34,821 bases of DNA from Candidatus Thorarchaeota archaeon (GCA_048884785.1 JBHLQM010000033.1:1-34821), one strand, 5' to 3'; counted from the stretch's first letter, positions 8,447-18,356 are shown. Program-made: numbers and translations. The notes: generated by a model not told the origin, from the sequence alone.

Positions 8447-11400
8447 TCAAGAGATTCCTATGTCGTCATCTCTTCTCGTACGAGTTCCATATCTTCGTGC
8501 GACATAATAAATGATAACAAGAGCTAATCCAATACCCCCTATAAGGATTGCATTGGAATAGTCCTGAATCACAGTAATAGTTCCCATATGCTGTGACAGT
8601 GTACCGCCAACTTTAGCGACAGCCACTGCAAAGACACTATAGGTGGAAACTGCAAGACCTGATGGTGATATATCGAAATCATAGATACCATCATTTCCAT
8701 TCAAGGTCAGGTTTAATGACGAGCCGAAGTCCGGTACAAATGAGAGCCCAACTTCTTCAGCAAGAAGGTGTCCTTGAACGACTATCCTACCTGTAATCCT
8801 CTCGGATATAAGAAATCCAATTCTGACAATGCTCTGATCTAATGTTGCTTCGAGGATTTTAAGCTGCAATGCACCTCCACTTGATAGCATTATTGGAGGC
8901 AAGGTTAACTCATATGACTCGTCATTGATACTGAGTACCAAGGATAGAACGCTGGTTTCGATGTATTCGGATATGTTGAAGGTTTTGATGATTGTATAGA
9001 CTCCTGTTTCTGAAATGGTGTCAATAACAGAGATGCCACCATCTACGATATTGAAATCAATATCCAATAAATCAGGATTAGAGTCCTTGTCCGAAATAGT
9101 AACATTGACGGAGAAGAGAGTTCCTTCATACAATATCTTCACATCTTCTATCAGAGGGCCCCACTGATTTTGCAGTACTATCTCTGGCGTGTCATCCAGC
9201 AATTCATCCGTTTGATTGCCCGTGATAATCTGTAGGCTCCCATGAGTAATGGAAGAATCATGTTCAACGGTAATATACACCGCTGTGCTTTCGTTGTACC
9301 ATGAAGCATAGCCTGCTGGAGTAAATGAACTGCCGGACCACTCTAAGACTGATGCTTCACCATCTGTGAGCACTACTTTCATGTCAATTCCAGTTTGACC
9401 AGATGCCATCGAAGAATCCAGATTCCATTCAATCGTCAGCTTATTTGATGAATTGAAATTCGCCGTACCATCCATTTCAATTCTAAACCTTGTTTCTTCG
9501 GTCTGCAAGTATGCTTTTACATTTAGAATATCAATTCCCGGATTGATGGATGGCTCCGTGGACTCAGAATGAACCGATGGTACATCATTCCAGTAAATTG
9601 GACCATCTGACGGTGTAAGTAGATATTGCGAAGACAACAGAGGAGAACAAAGACCATACCCCCAGGAATTTGAGGGAGGGGTGAAGTGAGAATCATATCC
9701 ACCAGCCCCTTGAAGCAGGGCTGAGAGTGAATTCCAACCCTGTCCGTTGCCTGATGCTTGTTGAAGAAGTGCCATGACTCCGGCCACATGAGGAGCAGCC
9801 ATGCTAGTTCCGCTTCTAGTAGTCCATAATGAAGACAGACTGTTGAATGCTGCACGTATTACGTCCCCGGGTGCCGTAACCGTAGGTTTGGCTACACCAT
9901 CAATTCGTGGTCCAACACTTGATGATGAGCTTATTCCCTGAGTCTGTTCATTATAGGATGCAACTGTGATTCCTAGATCTGAGGTTCCTGGTGAGCTTAT
10001 TGTTCTTGAATAATCCAGATTGGATGCGAACCTCATACCTGTTCCGTCCCAGAGGTTGTCCCATGCGTATCCGTCCACCCATATACTATTACCGCTTGGA
10101 TTAGTCATAGTAACGGTCCACGATCCAGTGACCCAGTCATGGTACTCTTCTGATACTTGAATTATAATCCGATTTGTGCCCCTGTCACTGATATCAGGAA
10201 AAACGTTGGCAGTAATATTTGGCTCATTCAAAACAAAAGGGGAGTTGGCAATTGATTCGAATGCACCCAGGTCGATATCATCCCCTTCTGGCGGGGTCAG
10301 AATGAGGTGCTCATCATTATTATCGCTTCTCCACAGTATGTTAAGGAAGGAGTTGTCAGGAGGACTATGTACTGATAAGGTTGCACTAACCTGACTTCCG
10401 GATGGAACTTCAAATCGCGCATGTTTTGGCCTAGTACCAAGATTACCAGCAGCCAATGTACAAACTGCTCCTCTCGTATTTAGTGCCTCACTTATCGCGA
10501 GATCTTCGAGGTCTGTACCATCAAGAAAACCCAGATAGCTTGAGAATGACATATTGATGACACTTGCCCCGTTTTCAATTGCAAACGCTATTCCATCGAG
10601 AACATCTGCAGAAGTTAGAGGACTTCGAATTATTACGAGATCGGCGCCTGGCGCAACCCCCACCCATGATGTCATGCCAATTTGACCACCGGCAACTATG
10701 GATGCAACATGAGTTCCGTGACCTATAGTGTCCGTATTTGTAGGAGCCGATGTGAGGTTCACTCCTCGATAATACACATTGCTGCTATGTTGGTCATATA
10801 ATACGGCTATTTTCGACTCGCCAAGAACTACTACTGGTTCTGAAGATAGTGATATGAAGCTGTCATTATTTAGGTCTATACCGCCGATCCACCGATCACC
10901 CTCTGAAAATTCAAATAGACCACTCCCATCAACATCTATGAACATATAGTCATCCGAATAATCGATAGTTGAACCTGTTTGTCCAGTCACGGTACTTATT
11001 GGACCTTCATTTGGATCGGCAAAAAAATCTCCATCAATGTCAACATAGAAATCTGAGCCGCTCGGTATCACCGTCAATTGCCCTGTACTTGCCCTCCAGA
11101 ATGCTGGATGAAGCCAGGTCGCTCCAGTATCAATCACTGCAACGGTTATGCCTGTTCCATCTATGGGCAACCCATCACGCTCTAAGCCTGTCCATACTTC
11201 AGGAACATCGATGGCAGGAACTGAAGAAGATAATGATGGGAAAAACTGCTTAGAGCCAGAAGAAGCTTGAAGAAGTCCAATAGTACCGAGACTATCTAAG
11301 GATGTTATATCTCCGACATGTGCAAGATAGAGAGATCCTACATGAACAGGATTTCCATTCCTTCGACTAAATGATATTCCCATAGACTCGATTAATGAAA

Positions 11401-11629
11401 TTTGATCTGAAGAGAGTTCGTTTTCGAATTTTAGAACTGCCTGAATTCCAGATTGATGTGCCAAAGTTTGCCCCGTTTCATAGCGAGATAATTCCATTCT
11501 CAGCATGGATTCGATATGTGGTGACGAAGGAACCTGGGAGTTTGAAGACACTATTACTCCAGTCGAAATGCCCATGGGTACTTGAATTGCTGATAATATA
11601 AGTAAAATTACTAGTAGTCTCCTGTACAT
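8447..11629 (-). CDS. Secreted, C-terminally anchored S8 protease with a DxDxDG-rich insert and a second internal insert
   Basis: VAVIDTG, HGTHVASIVAG, AAGNLG, SGTSMAAPHVAG. Signal peptide MYRRLLVILLILS with GGTGGAG SD (start 11629 preferred over 11698). C-terminal TM and basic tail. Confidence 0.93.
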   Translation of the reverse strand: MYRRLLVILLILSAIQVPMGISTGVIVSSNSQVPSSPHIESMLRMELSRYETGQTLAHQSGIQAVLKFENELSSDQISLIESMGISFSRRNGNPVHVGSLYLAHVGDITSLDSLGTIGLLQASSGSKQFFPSLSSSVPAIDVPEVWTGLERDGLPIDGTGITVAVIDTGATWLHPAFWRASTGQLTVIPSGSDFYVDIDGDFFADPNEGPISTVTGQTGSTIDYSDDYMFIDVDGSGLFEFSEGDRWIGGIDLNNDSFISLSSEPVVVLGESKIAVLYDQHSSNVYYRGVNLTSAPTNTDTIGHGTHVASIVAGGQIGMTSWVGVAPGADLVIIRSPLTSADVLDGIAFAIENGASVINMSFSSYLGFLDGTDLEDLAISEALNTRGAVCTLAAGNLGTRPKHARFEVPSGSQVSATLSVHSPPDNSFLNILWRSDNNDEHLILTPPEGDDIDLGAFESIANSPFVLNEPNITANVFPDISDRGTNRIIIQVSEEYHDWVTGSWTVTMTNPSGNSIWVDGYAWDNLWDGTGMRFASNLDYSRTISSPGTSDLGITVASYNEQTQGISSSSSVGPRIDGVAKPTVTAPGDVIRAAFNSLSSLWTTRSGTSMAAPHVAGVMALLQQASGNGQGWNSLSALLQGAGGYDSHFTPPSNSWGYGLCSPLLSSQYLLTPSDGPIYWNDVPSVHSESTEPSINPGIDILNVKAYLQTEETRFRIEMDGTANFNSSNKLTIEWNLDSSMASGQTGIDMKVVLTDGEASVLEWSGSSFTPAGYASWYNESTAVYITVEHDSSITHGSLQIITGNQTDELLDDTPEIVLQNQWGPLIEDVKILYEGTLFSVNVTISDKDSNPDLLDIDFNIVDGGISVIDTISETGVYTIIKTFNISEYIETSVLSLVLSINDESYELTLPPIMLSSGGALQLKILEATLDQSIVRIGFLISERITGRIVVQGHLLAEEVGLSFVPDFGSSLNLTLNGNDGIYDFDISPSGLAVSTYSVFAVAVAKVGGTLSQHMGTITVIQDYSNAILIGGIGLALVIIYYVARRYGTRTRRDDDIGIS

Positions 11630-11839
11630 TGTTCTCCACCGATTATTATTGAAGCGAAGCAAATATTGAACAGATATGCTTTCTGTTTCCCGAATCATTG
11701 AATGAACGGATCAATATGTGTCTTAGTTCTGCCGTGAGCAGGTCAATATGAAGTTTATAGAGTTTGGCCCCTTGATTTCAATTAGATAACCGCAAGACCC
11801 ATTACAGATTTATGCATCGGAGAGAGCTAGTGCTTTGAC

Positions 11840-13855
11840 TTGAGTAGCATAGATGTCCCACCTGAATTTATGCATATGAGGCAACGCGCCAACATTCCTT
11901 GGAATGAAATCCTAGATGGTACTAGAAAAAGAGTGAAAGGTGGACAGGGCAACTTTGCAGCCTTCACTGATGTTTCGATTGATTTTGCAACAAAGGAATG
12001 CATGAGGGAGGAGCAATCTTCAGATTTAATTGTCCTGGGAGTCCAAGCATGTCTAACACGAGGTAGACTCGCTGAAGCATTATTCCTCTCCACGGGATCC
12101 AAAAGTGTAGAGGTCCTTAGTCTTAGGTGCATCGTCCTATTTGCCCTGTCGGACTCAGAGGGACTGAGAGATGCCTTTCAGGAAATTGAACAGGCGGTCA
12201 ATCAGGACTCTCCTCCTTCTGACCAAGTGCGACTAAGTACAGCCAAGGTTTTACTTGCTGCGGCTGAAAGGGACACGAGCGTCATTGTGGCGGTAATGGA
12301 GTTTGACAATCTTCTCGAGACCTACCCAGAACAGGTTGAAGATCCTCTAACTGAAACCATGTTCACACTCTATGTTGTCGGAGACCTTCTGCGCGTTGTA
12401 GGTCAAGAAGCTCGAGCTTCAAGAATTAATGATACTCTTCAAGAAATGGCTCTAAAAGGCAATCACAGGATGTTTCTAGCTTTATCTGAAAATCTTAGAG
12501 GAAATGTATGTAATCTATCAGGTGATTTTCAAGGCGCTGAGAAACACTATCTTCGAGTTAAAGAGATTAGTGAAATGCTATCGTTCAATCTGGGACTGGG
12601 GATGGCCTACAATAATCTGGGAACATTGCGTGCGAATTCACTGAAATTCGAAGATGCACTGGACTTTTTCAAGAAGGCATACAAACTAATGGAAATGGAT
12701 GTTGCGAAAACCGCTCCATTGGCGAATATGGGAGAAATAGCTCTAAAGCTCGGGAGATACAAAGAGGCAGAAGAGTACCTCAAAGAAGCAGTTCGCATCG
12801 AGGAGAAAACGAAGTTTGGGACAATTGAGGTCTATGCTTGGTACATTATGCTTCTCCTAAAAACAAACCGGGATAAAGAAGCAAAGAAGATTCTCAAGAA
12901 GACCAAAGATCTGATAGAAACATCAGAAAAGCCGCTTCATAAGGCCGCGTTCTTGATGGCCAAAGGATCCTATGATGCCTTCCGAAAGAAATGGAAATTG
13001 GCAATAAAATCCTTTGAGGGAGTTGTAAGAATAGGCAGGGAGAAGTCGCTATTTGAGCTACTTGTGAAAGGTGAAACATACCTTGCAGAAACTCATCTTC
13101 AAGCCTATCTGGACGAACAGAGCGAGGAAGAACTAAACCGAGCCATTTCTCATATTGATGATTTAATCCAAATTGCTAAGGAACAGGGTCTCCAGCACCT
13201 ATATGCCGAATCTTTACTGTTGAGAAGTGATATCTTCAGGCAGACTGACAAGAAGATGGAAGCCAAGGGGTCTGCAGAGCGTGCATTAAGTGTTGCGAAA
13301 TTTGTTGAAGACATAAGACTTCAACAACAGGCGGAGCAACGAATCAACCAAATTGAAGGCATAACAGATAAGGTATCCATCGCTCCCGACATCACAAAGA
13401 AGATGCAGAGAGTTGGAGCTTTCAAGCCAGCAGGACAGCTAAAAGTAATACCCAGACCTGATCTGCACTTCCTGCTGACCCTTAGTAGGGAATCAGGACT
13501 CTCCGAGTATGTGTATCATTTTGACTCAGAGATTGAAATGGACAGCGGTCTAGTTGGAGGATTCATCTCAGCTATTACAACATTCTCAAGCGAGGTAATG
13601 GGAAAGATAGGAATGCTCAGATCCATTAATCATGAGGGGTTTACTCTGATGATGGAACATACAGAAACGCGAATTTATGCATTAATTGCCGAACAGGAAT
13701 CATTTGATACAAGATATCTTCTTCGTGAGTTTGCTCAACAGTTCGAAGAGCTCTATCCTGAAGTGCAACTGGAAGCTCTCAAAGAAGACACTTTTGCAGC
13801 TGCGGATGATCTTGTCATTGAGATGTTCACAATCCGTCAAGATGTTGCAGAATGA
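11840..13855 (+). CDS. TPR-repeat protein with C-terminal longin-like domain
   Basis: TPR repeats (AYNNLGTL...FEDALDFFKKA; LANMGEIALKLGRYKEAEEYLKEA). C-terminal SGL...DSGLVGGFISAITTFSSEV...LREFAQQFEELY matches the Asgard longin pattern. TTG start. Confidence 0.85.
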   Translation: MSSIDVPPEFMHMRQRANIPWNEILDGTRKRVKGGQGNFAAFTDVSIDFATKECMREEQSSDLIVLGVQACLTRGRLAEALFLSTGSKSVEVLSLRCIVLFALSDSEGLRDAFQEIEQAVNQDSPPSDQVRLSTAKVLLAAAERDTSVIVAVMEFDNLLETYPEQVEDPLTETMFTLYVVGDLLRVVGQEARASRINDTLQEMALKGNHRMFLALSENLRGNVCNLSGDFQGAEKHYLRVKEISEMLSFNLGLGMAYNNLGTLRANSLKFEDALDFFKKAYKLMEMDVAKTAPLANMGEIALKLGRYKEAEEYLKEAVRIEEKTKFGTIEVYAWYIMLLLKTNRDKEAKKILKKTKDLIETSEKPLHKAAFLMAKGSYDAFRKKWKLAIKSFEGVVRIGREKSLFELLVKGETYLAETHLQAYLDEQSEEELNRAISHIDDLIQIAKEQGLQHLYAESLLLRSDIFRQTDKKMEAKGSAERALSVAKFVEDIRLQQQAEQRINQIEGITDKVSIAPDITKKMQRVGAFKPAGQLKVIPRPDLHFLLTLSRESGLSEYVYHFDSEIEMDSGLVGGFISAITTFSSEVMGKIGMLRSINHEGFTLMMEHTETRIYALIAEQESFDTRYLLREFAQQFEELYPEVQLEALKEDTFAAADDLVIEMFTIRQDVAE

Positions 13856-15540
13856 GAAGCCCACTTAGGAATCACCCGATCCTGAAAAGCAATCTCACAT
13901 CGAACCAAATTCCTAGTTGATGATATGTTAATAATTGGGAATACCATTTCATCACTATTGATCGTCTGGAGAAAGCGATTATACCATATTGAGGGTGCAC
14001 TCAGAATTGCGTATTTTGCTTTTTCTGTGTTAAAGATTGTTGCTTCAAGTACATGCTCTTCGATACGTTTCATGATTGCCTGGTCGCTGCTTATTAGAAG
14101 AAGGTTTGAATTGATACCAAGATGAGCGAAATCAGGGAGCAATGCTATGCATCCTGATGCAATCAGTGATTCGACCCTCTCAGGGGAACCTATCAAAGTG
14201 TTTGAAATCACATCAAGCTTACCGGAACACAATCTTTCCAATACTGCTTTCTCCGCCTCACTGATCTTTTTTGGCTCCATTTGAAGAGAGGTTTCATAGA
14301 CTGCATCTTTTGGCAATGAATGGCCTAGTATTTTCAATGCCCATCGAACTATGTCTTTCCCCGAGGTGTATATGCCTCCTGTCTTTGGTAATATATCGGA
14401 TAATCGCAAGAAATAATCAATCGATGTGATTGTGGAGCCTCTAGACTCACAGACTTCGAGGTATCGCCTGGAGGTTGATTCTTGATAGTCGAGTCTCAAC
14501 CAATCTGCTTTTTCCGATGAACTATTCTCACTTAGTTCTAGTCCAAGAGAAATACCGAGAGGAACAGGATTACAGAGAATTCTTGGAGCCAAGTGAATTG
14601 CATCCAGGGCATGATGTCTCAAAACTAACCTTTTTGGTTTAGAGAGTGTCTTGATGAATCCATCAATAGTAAACCAAGATTCAGTTCCTAGAGTAACTTC
14701 AAAGGAGGAATGCAGCATATCCAGAACTGCAATCCATTGAGTCGGTGAAATTTTAGCCGGGGCAGTTTCAAGTATCTCCAGAATTCGCCGAAATCCATTT
14801 GGCCAGTATGTTTCGATATGCTGCATTAGATGGAATGCTATTGGACCTAGGCTGCTAGTCTTACTGTTTTCAATCCACTTCTTATCCCACTGTTTGCCAT
14901 TCTCGCCTTTCAGGAAATGGGACGCAATTGCATTTCCAATGCAGCTACTGTATTCTTCCGTCGAATGATCCTTATTCAGCAGTGCCAAGAAGGCACTCCT
15001 GAGTGTTAGTCCTTCAAAGAGGGAAGAACCTATCATTTTATCATGGAAAAGATGTGAACCGTCCTCGCCAATTGTCAGTCCAAAAGACTGCGATTGAAGA
15101 GGTTCCTGAACAGGAATCACATAGATAATTGGGAATTCCGGCTCTTTTACATTGAGAAACCGTGCTATTTTTTTCATGGACTTGGATAGCGCATTTCTAA
15201 CCTCTTCCGTTGCCTCCATTCGAAGTTCCAACTCAGTAGGTGGTCTGGGTTTCTCAAATTTCCTCAGAAGTTTGGATGTGGTGCGAATCTTTGAGTATCT
15301 CTTGTGTTCGATATTTTCTGCAATCAACATCACACCAGCCTCATTGAAGAAATAAACACGAACACGATCGCTTTCAATAACCGACACAAGAAACGAAATT
15401 CCTCGCAAATTCGCCCATTCTTTTCTTATTGTCGATGCTTTTACTCTAAGTACTTCCACTGCTTGGGCGCCAGTTTCTCGGAATTGCCTTTCGCCAAAAT
15501 CAGCAAGTCCGCGCGGTATTTCTCGAGAAGACCGAGACAA
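13837..15540 (-). CDS. Hypothetical protein, possible degenerate C-terminal Lrp/AsnC-like HTH region
   Basis: 567-aa ORF. C-terminal ISEAEKAVLERL...ERVESLIASGCI..LPDFAHLGI resembles the Lrp/AsnC HTH-to-RAM junction. Confidence 0.7.
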   Translation of the reverse strand: MSRSSREIPRGLADFGERQFRETGAQAVEVLRVKASTIRKEWANLRGISFLVSVIESDRVRVYFFNEAGVMLIAENIEHKRYSKIRTTSKLLRKFEKPRPPTELELRMEATEEVRNALSKSMKKIARFLNVKEPEFPIIYVIPVQEPLQSQSFGLTIGEDGSHLFHDKMIGSSLFEGLTLRSAFLALLNKDHSTEEYSSCIGNAIASHFLKGENGKQWDKKWIENSKTSSLGPIAFHLMQHIETYWPNGFRRILEILETAPAKISPTQWIAVLDMLHSSFEVTLGTESWFTIDGFIKTLSKPKRLVLRHHALDAIHLAPRILCNPVPLGISLGLELSENSSSEKADWLRLDYQESTSRRYLEVCESRGSTITSIDYFLRLSDILPKTGGIYTSGKDIVRWALKILGHSLPKDAVYETSLQMEPKKISEAEKAVLERLCSGKLDVISNTLIGSPERVESLIASGCIALLPDFAHLGINSNLLLISSDQAIMKRIEEHVLEATIFNTEKAKYAILSAPSIWYNRFLQTINSDEMVFPIINISSTRNLVRCEIAFQDRVIPKWASHSATS

Positions 15541-15652
15541 GATGAGTTCCTCATCATGCAGTATTTAGAAGAGCTTGATAAAGAAGACGAAATGAAATGC
15601 ACGGTACGTTAGGCTTAATATGATTCATACTTCACAAAGCCAAGATGCAACG

Positions 15653-15814
15653 ATGATGCAAATGGATGCCGCACTGTTCTATTTAATTTGGTGGATAGTT
15701 CCACTCGCAATACTTTTCGGCAGAGCTGCTTTGGAAGCTGACAAAGCTAGAAAGAGACGAAACGAACTCCGTGCACTCGAAGAGCGAGTCACACCCTTCA
15801 CGAGAGATCTCTAG
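15653..15814 (+). CDS. Small single-pass membrane protein
   Basis: Hydrophobic helix AALFYLIWWIVPLAILFG followed by a basic helix. Fills the intergenic gap. Start at 15620, 15653 or 15662. Confidence 0.6.
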   Translation: MMQMDAALFYLIWWIVPLAILFGRAALEADKARKRRNELRALEERVTPFTRDL

Positions 15815-15819
15815 GTTTG

Positions 15820-16299
15820 TTAAGCAACCTCTGTAACTGTGGCTTCCCTTGCTTCATACGTAGGTAGGAGAATATCCCTGGTTGGAGCTGTATTCATTAC
15901 AACATCCAGTACTTCCTGATTTCTAAGTAAAATACAACCTAGAAATTCATACTCAAATTTGTCAAGGCGGATATTTACTCCGCGTCGAGGAATCTGCGTA
16001 AGCAGCAGGACAATTGAAAAATCGCCTCTGGGTAACTGGTTTAATATTCCACGCTTCATGTCAGGTTCGAGGTCTCCCTCAAGTTGGCGTGTCATTGCGC
16101 CTCGTTCAATGAAGTTGTATAGAATTCGCTCAAAATCCCCGGAAGAGCTCTTCTTCGGCCTAATGAATGATATAGAGTAACCAAGTCGTTTAAGGGAATT
16201 ATATCCTATTAGAGTGCGAAAGAGAGGTGGACTCAATGTCTCAAGCTCCACTTTACGCAATTCTATGGTGTCCCCGTTTCTTCGTACTTTTAAGTTCAA
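15820..16299 (-). CDS. Hypothetical protein
   Basis: 159-aa ORF with TTG start that fills the gap; no motif recognised. Confidence 0.65.
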   Translation of the reverse strand: MNLKVRRNGDTIELRKVELETLSPPLFRTLIGYNSLKRLGYSISFIRPKKSSSGDFERILYNFIERGAMTRQLEGDLEPDMKRGILNQLPRGDFSIVLLLTQIPRRGVNIRLDKFEYEFLGCILLRNQEVLDVVMNTAPTRDILLPTYEAREATVTEVA

Positions 16300-16373
16300 T
16301 CAACATCACGTCCGAATTGCTGTCGGTCCCGTTTCATGGAAATACATTATATAGAATAAAAGGTTATGAGAAA

Positions 16374-16886
16374 TTAATCCGCGAATGCGCCTTCCCTTTT
16401 TAAAAGCGCCTCCTTTTTCGCTATTCCCTCACCATATCCGCCAAGGTATCCACCTATTCCATTGGATGATACAACCCTATGACATGGTATTAATGGAGCA
16501 AACCGGTTCTTTGCCATAACATTGCCCACAAATCTTGCCGCATTAGGAATTTTGGCGTTTGCAGCAACTTCACCATAGGTTCTTGTTTCACCTTTAGGAA
16601 TCTCAAGAGTGGCCTTTAGGACATCAATCTGTTTTTCTGTAAGGTTGGAGAAGTCATAGGGAATACTGGTGTTTGGTACATTCTTTCCCTCAATCATATC
16701 GAATATTAATTCAAGAATCGTAAGATCATCCGGATTTGAGTGAATAGGAATATTCGCACCTTTTACTGCATCTATGGCTTCGTCCCTTGACTTCCTTGGA
16801 ATACTACACTGAAAAAGACCAAGAGGGGAGAATACCCCAGCAACATATTCGTTGTCTCTTTTTAAAACAACCATTCGTTTCTGCAT
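16374..16886 (-). CDS. ogt: Methylated-DNA--protein-cysteine methyltransferase
   Basis: IPKGETRTYGEVA, AARFVGNVMAKN, active site IPCHRVV, KKEALLKREG. Confidence 0.95.
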   Translation of the reverse strand: MQKRMVVLKRDNEYVAGVFSPLGLFQCSIPRKSRDEAIDAVKGANIPIHSNPDDLTILELIFDMIEGKNVPNTSIPYDFSNLTEKQIDVLKATLEIPKGETRTYGEVAANAKIPNAARFVGNVMAKNRFAPLIPCHRVVSSNGIGGYLGGYGEGIAKKEALLKREGAFAD

Positions 16887-16904
16887 GTTAGTGGCTCCAA
16901 GGTT

Positions 16905-17789
16905 TCAATATTCAGAACATTTCTTGTAGACAAATGCAAGGATAGAAGACAATTCAGCATCACTCTTCTTTGATCCAATCGGAGCCCACCCTCCATCTGA
17001 TAGCTGAGTACTTCTTATCAGATCTAATCCTCTTTTCACCACTTCCCGTTCTTTTTCCGTCTTTGGGGCACCAACTGATATTAAATCGACCATGTCATAT
17101 GTCGAAGAGTGCTCCACTGATTTTACCAAATGTTGTAGCATTGCAGCGCGTCCATCTTGGTAGACCCTATGACTGTCATCTACACCTGCAGCAAGTAGTG
17201 CAGGAAGAATATTCCCTGTACCCAGTGGATCAGATTCTCCCTGTCCCTTAAAATCAGGCCAATTTCCATCTTCATGCTGGGCATACAAAAGAAAGTCTCT
17301 TGCCCGTCGAATCCTTTCTTCGTCATCATACTTTGAAAGAGCGAGAGCTTCAAGTGCTTTTCCTGTTAACCAAGTGATACTCTTCCCAACAGGGTACCAA
17401 ATTCGCCCTGTTGTCATACCGTATTTATCTTCAATTAATGGGTCGAGATTAAGAGTTTCAGCAAATCCACCATCCTGCTTTTGTCGATCCACAAGAAAAG
17501 ACATCATTCCTGAAACAACATTGGAGTGTTCTTTCCTGAATTTCAGAATAAGTGGTAATACCTCAGCAGTGATTTTTACAGAGCTAGGATTCCCCTTCAC
17601 AAGGTCAAAAGGAAGACCTCCATCTCGATTTAGGAGAGTTTTTAGTTCCTTCAATACTTGGGCAATGTTCTGCTTGGGTATCTCGTAACCTGCGGATATT
17701 AATCGAAGCTTATCTGCTGCTGTTCCTTTAGAAAATATGAAATCTGTAACATTATACAAGAGCGTTTCGTCACTTTTTATCAAAGTCAT
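16905..17789 (-). CDS. Prenyltransferase/squalene-cyclase-repeat (QW motif) alpha-barrel protein
   Basis: Repeats QKQDGGF, QHEDGNW and QLSDGGW, each preceded by a FL/L helix. Start at 17789 (GGAGGT immediately upstream) or 17798. Confidence 0.8.
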   Translation of the reverse strand: MTLIKSDETLLYNVTDFIFSKGTAADKLRLISAGYEIPKQNIAQVLKELKTLLNRDGGLPFDLVKGNPSSVKITAEVLPLILKFRKEHSNVVSGMMSFLVDRQKQDGGFAETLNLDPLIEDKYGMTTGRIWYPVGKSITWLTGKALEALALSKYDDEERIRRARDFLLYAQHEDGNWPDFKGQGESDPLGTGNILPALLAAGVDDSHRVYQDGRAAMLQHLVKSVEHSSTYDMVDLISVGAPKTEKEREVVKRGLDLIRSTQLSDGGWAPIGSKKSDAELSSILAFVYKKCSEY

Positions 17790-17926
17790 ACCTCCCATTG
17801 AATCTGAAGTCCTGTGGAATTGAAGTCAAAAAAGTAGGCATCGGCTCGAAAAGTCCATTTGCTCCACTAGATTCAATATAGTTGTTAGCTCAACTTAAAG
17901 GTTGTTCAGTGTGAGCTTCGTTGATA

Positions 17927-18184
17927 TCAATCCTCAGCCTCATAAAACTCTAGAATGGCCTTTCTACGCTCTCGGCGTTCATCTTCAGTTAGTTCTTCTT
18001 GAGGCTGATTCTCTTCTTCAACAACCACAATCTTTTCTTTGGGACTGTGTTTGACTCGGAATTCAACCTTGTAGCCATCTGTCTTCAATTGCTTTTCATG
18101 CCCACATTCTCTGCACTTGAGAGTGGTTTTCTTCTCAGTCTTGACGGGCAGCATAAGAGCGCCACATTTCTCACAGAACTCCAT
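17927..18184 (-). CDS. TFS/RpoM (RPB9-like) N-terminal zinc-ribbon protein lacking the C-terminal ribbon
   Basis: MEFCEKCGALMLP...LKCRECGHE is the N-ribbon of archaeal TFS. It ends in an acidic/basic helix instead of the second ribbon. GGGAG SD before ATG 18184. Confidence 0.8.
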   Translation of the reverse strand: MEFCEKCGALMLPVKTEKKTTLKCRECGHEKQLKTDGYKVEFRVKHSPKEKIVVVEEENQPQEELTEDERRERRKAILEFYEAED

Positions 18185-18356
18185 CTGTAGAACTCCCAAT
18201 ATGATTTGGCTCGCCCACACGCACTGGGTTTGAATTTAAGTTTGACGTTTTGGCAGTTGGTGTAGTCATTCTAATACTATGTATCGAAAGAAAGACTTAT
18301 GTCGTACATATGATGGCGAGGCGCTCAATAGCTATTTGAGTTGGGAGTGCTCAATC

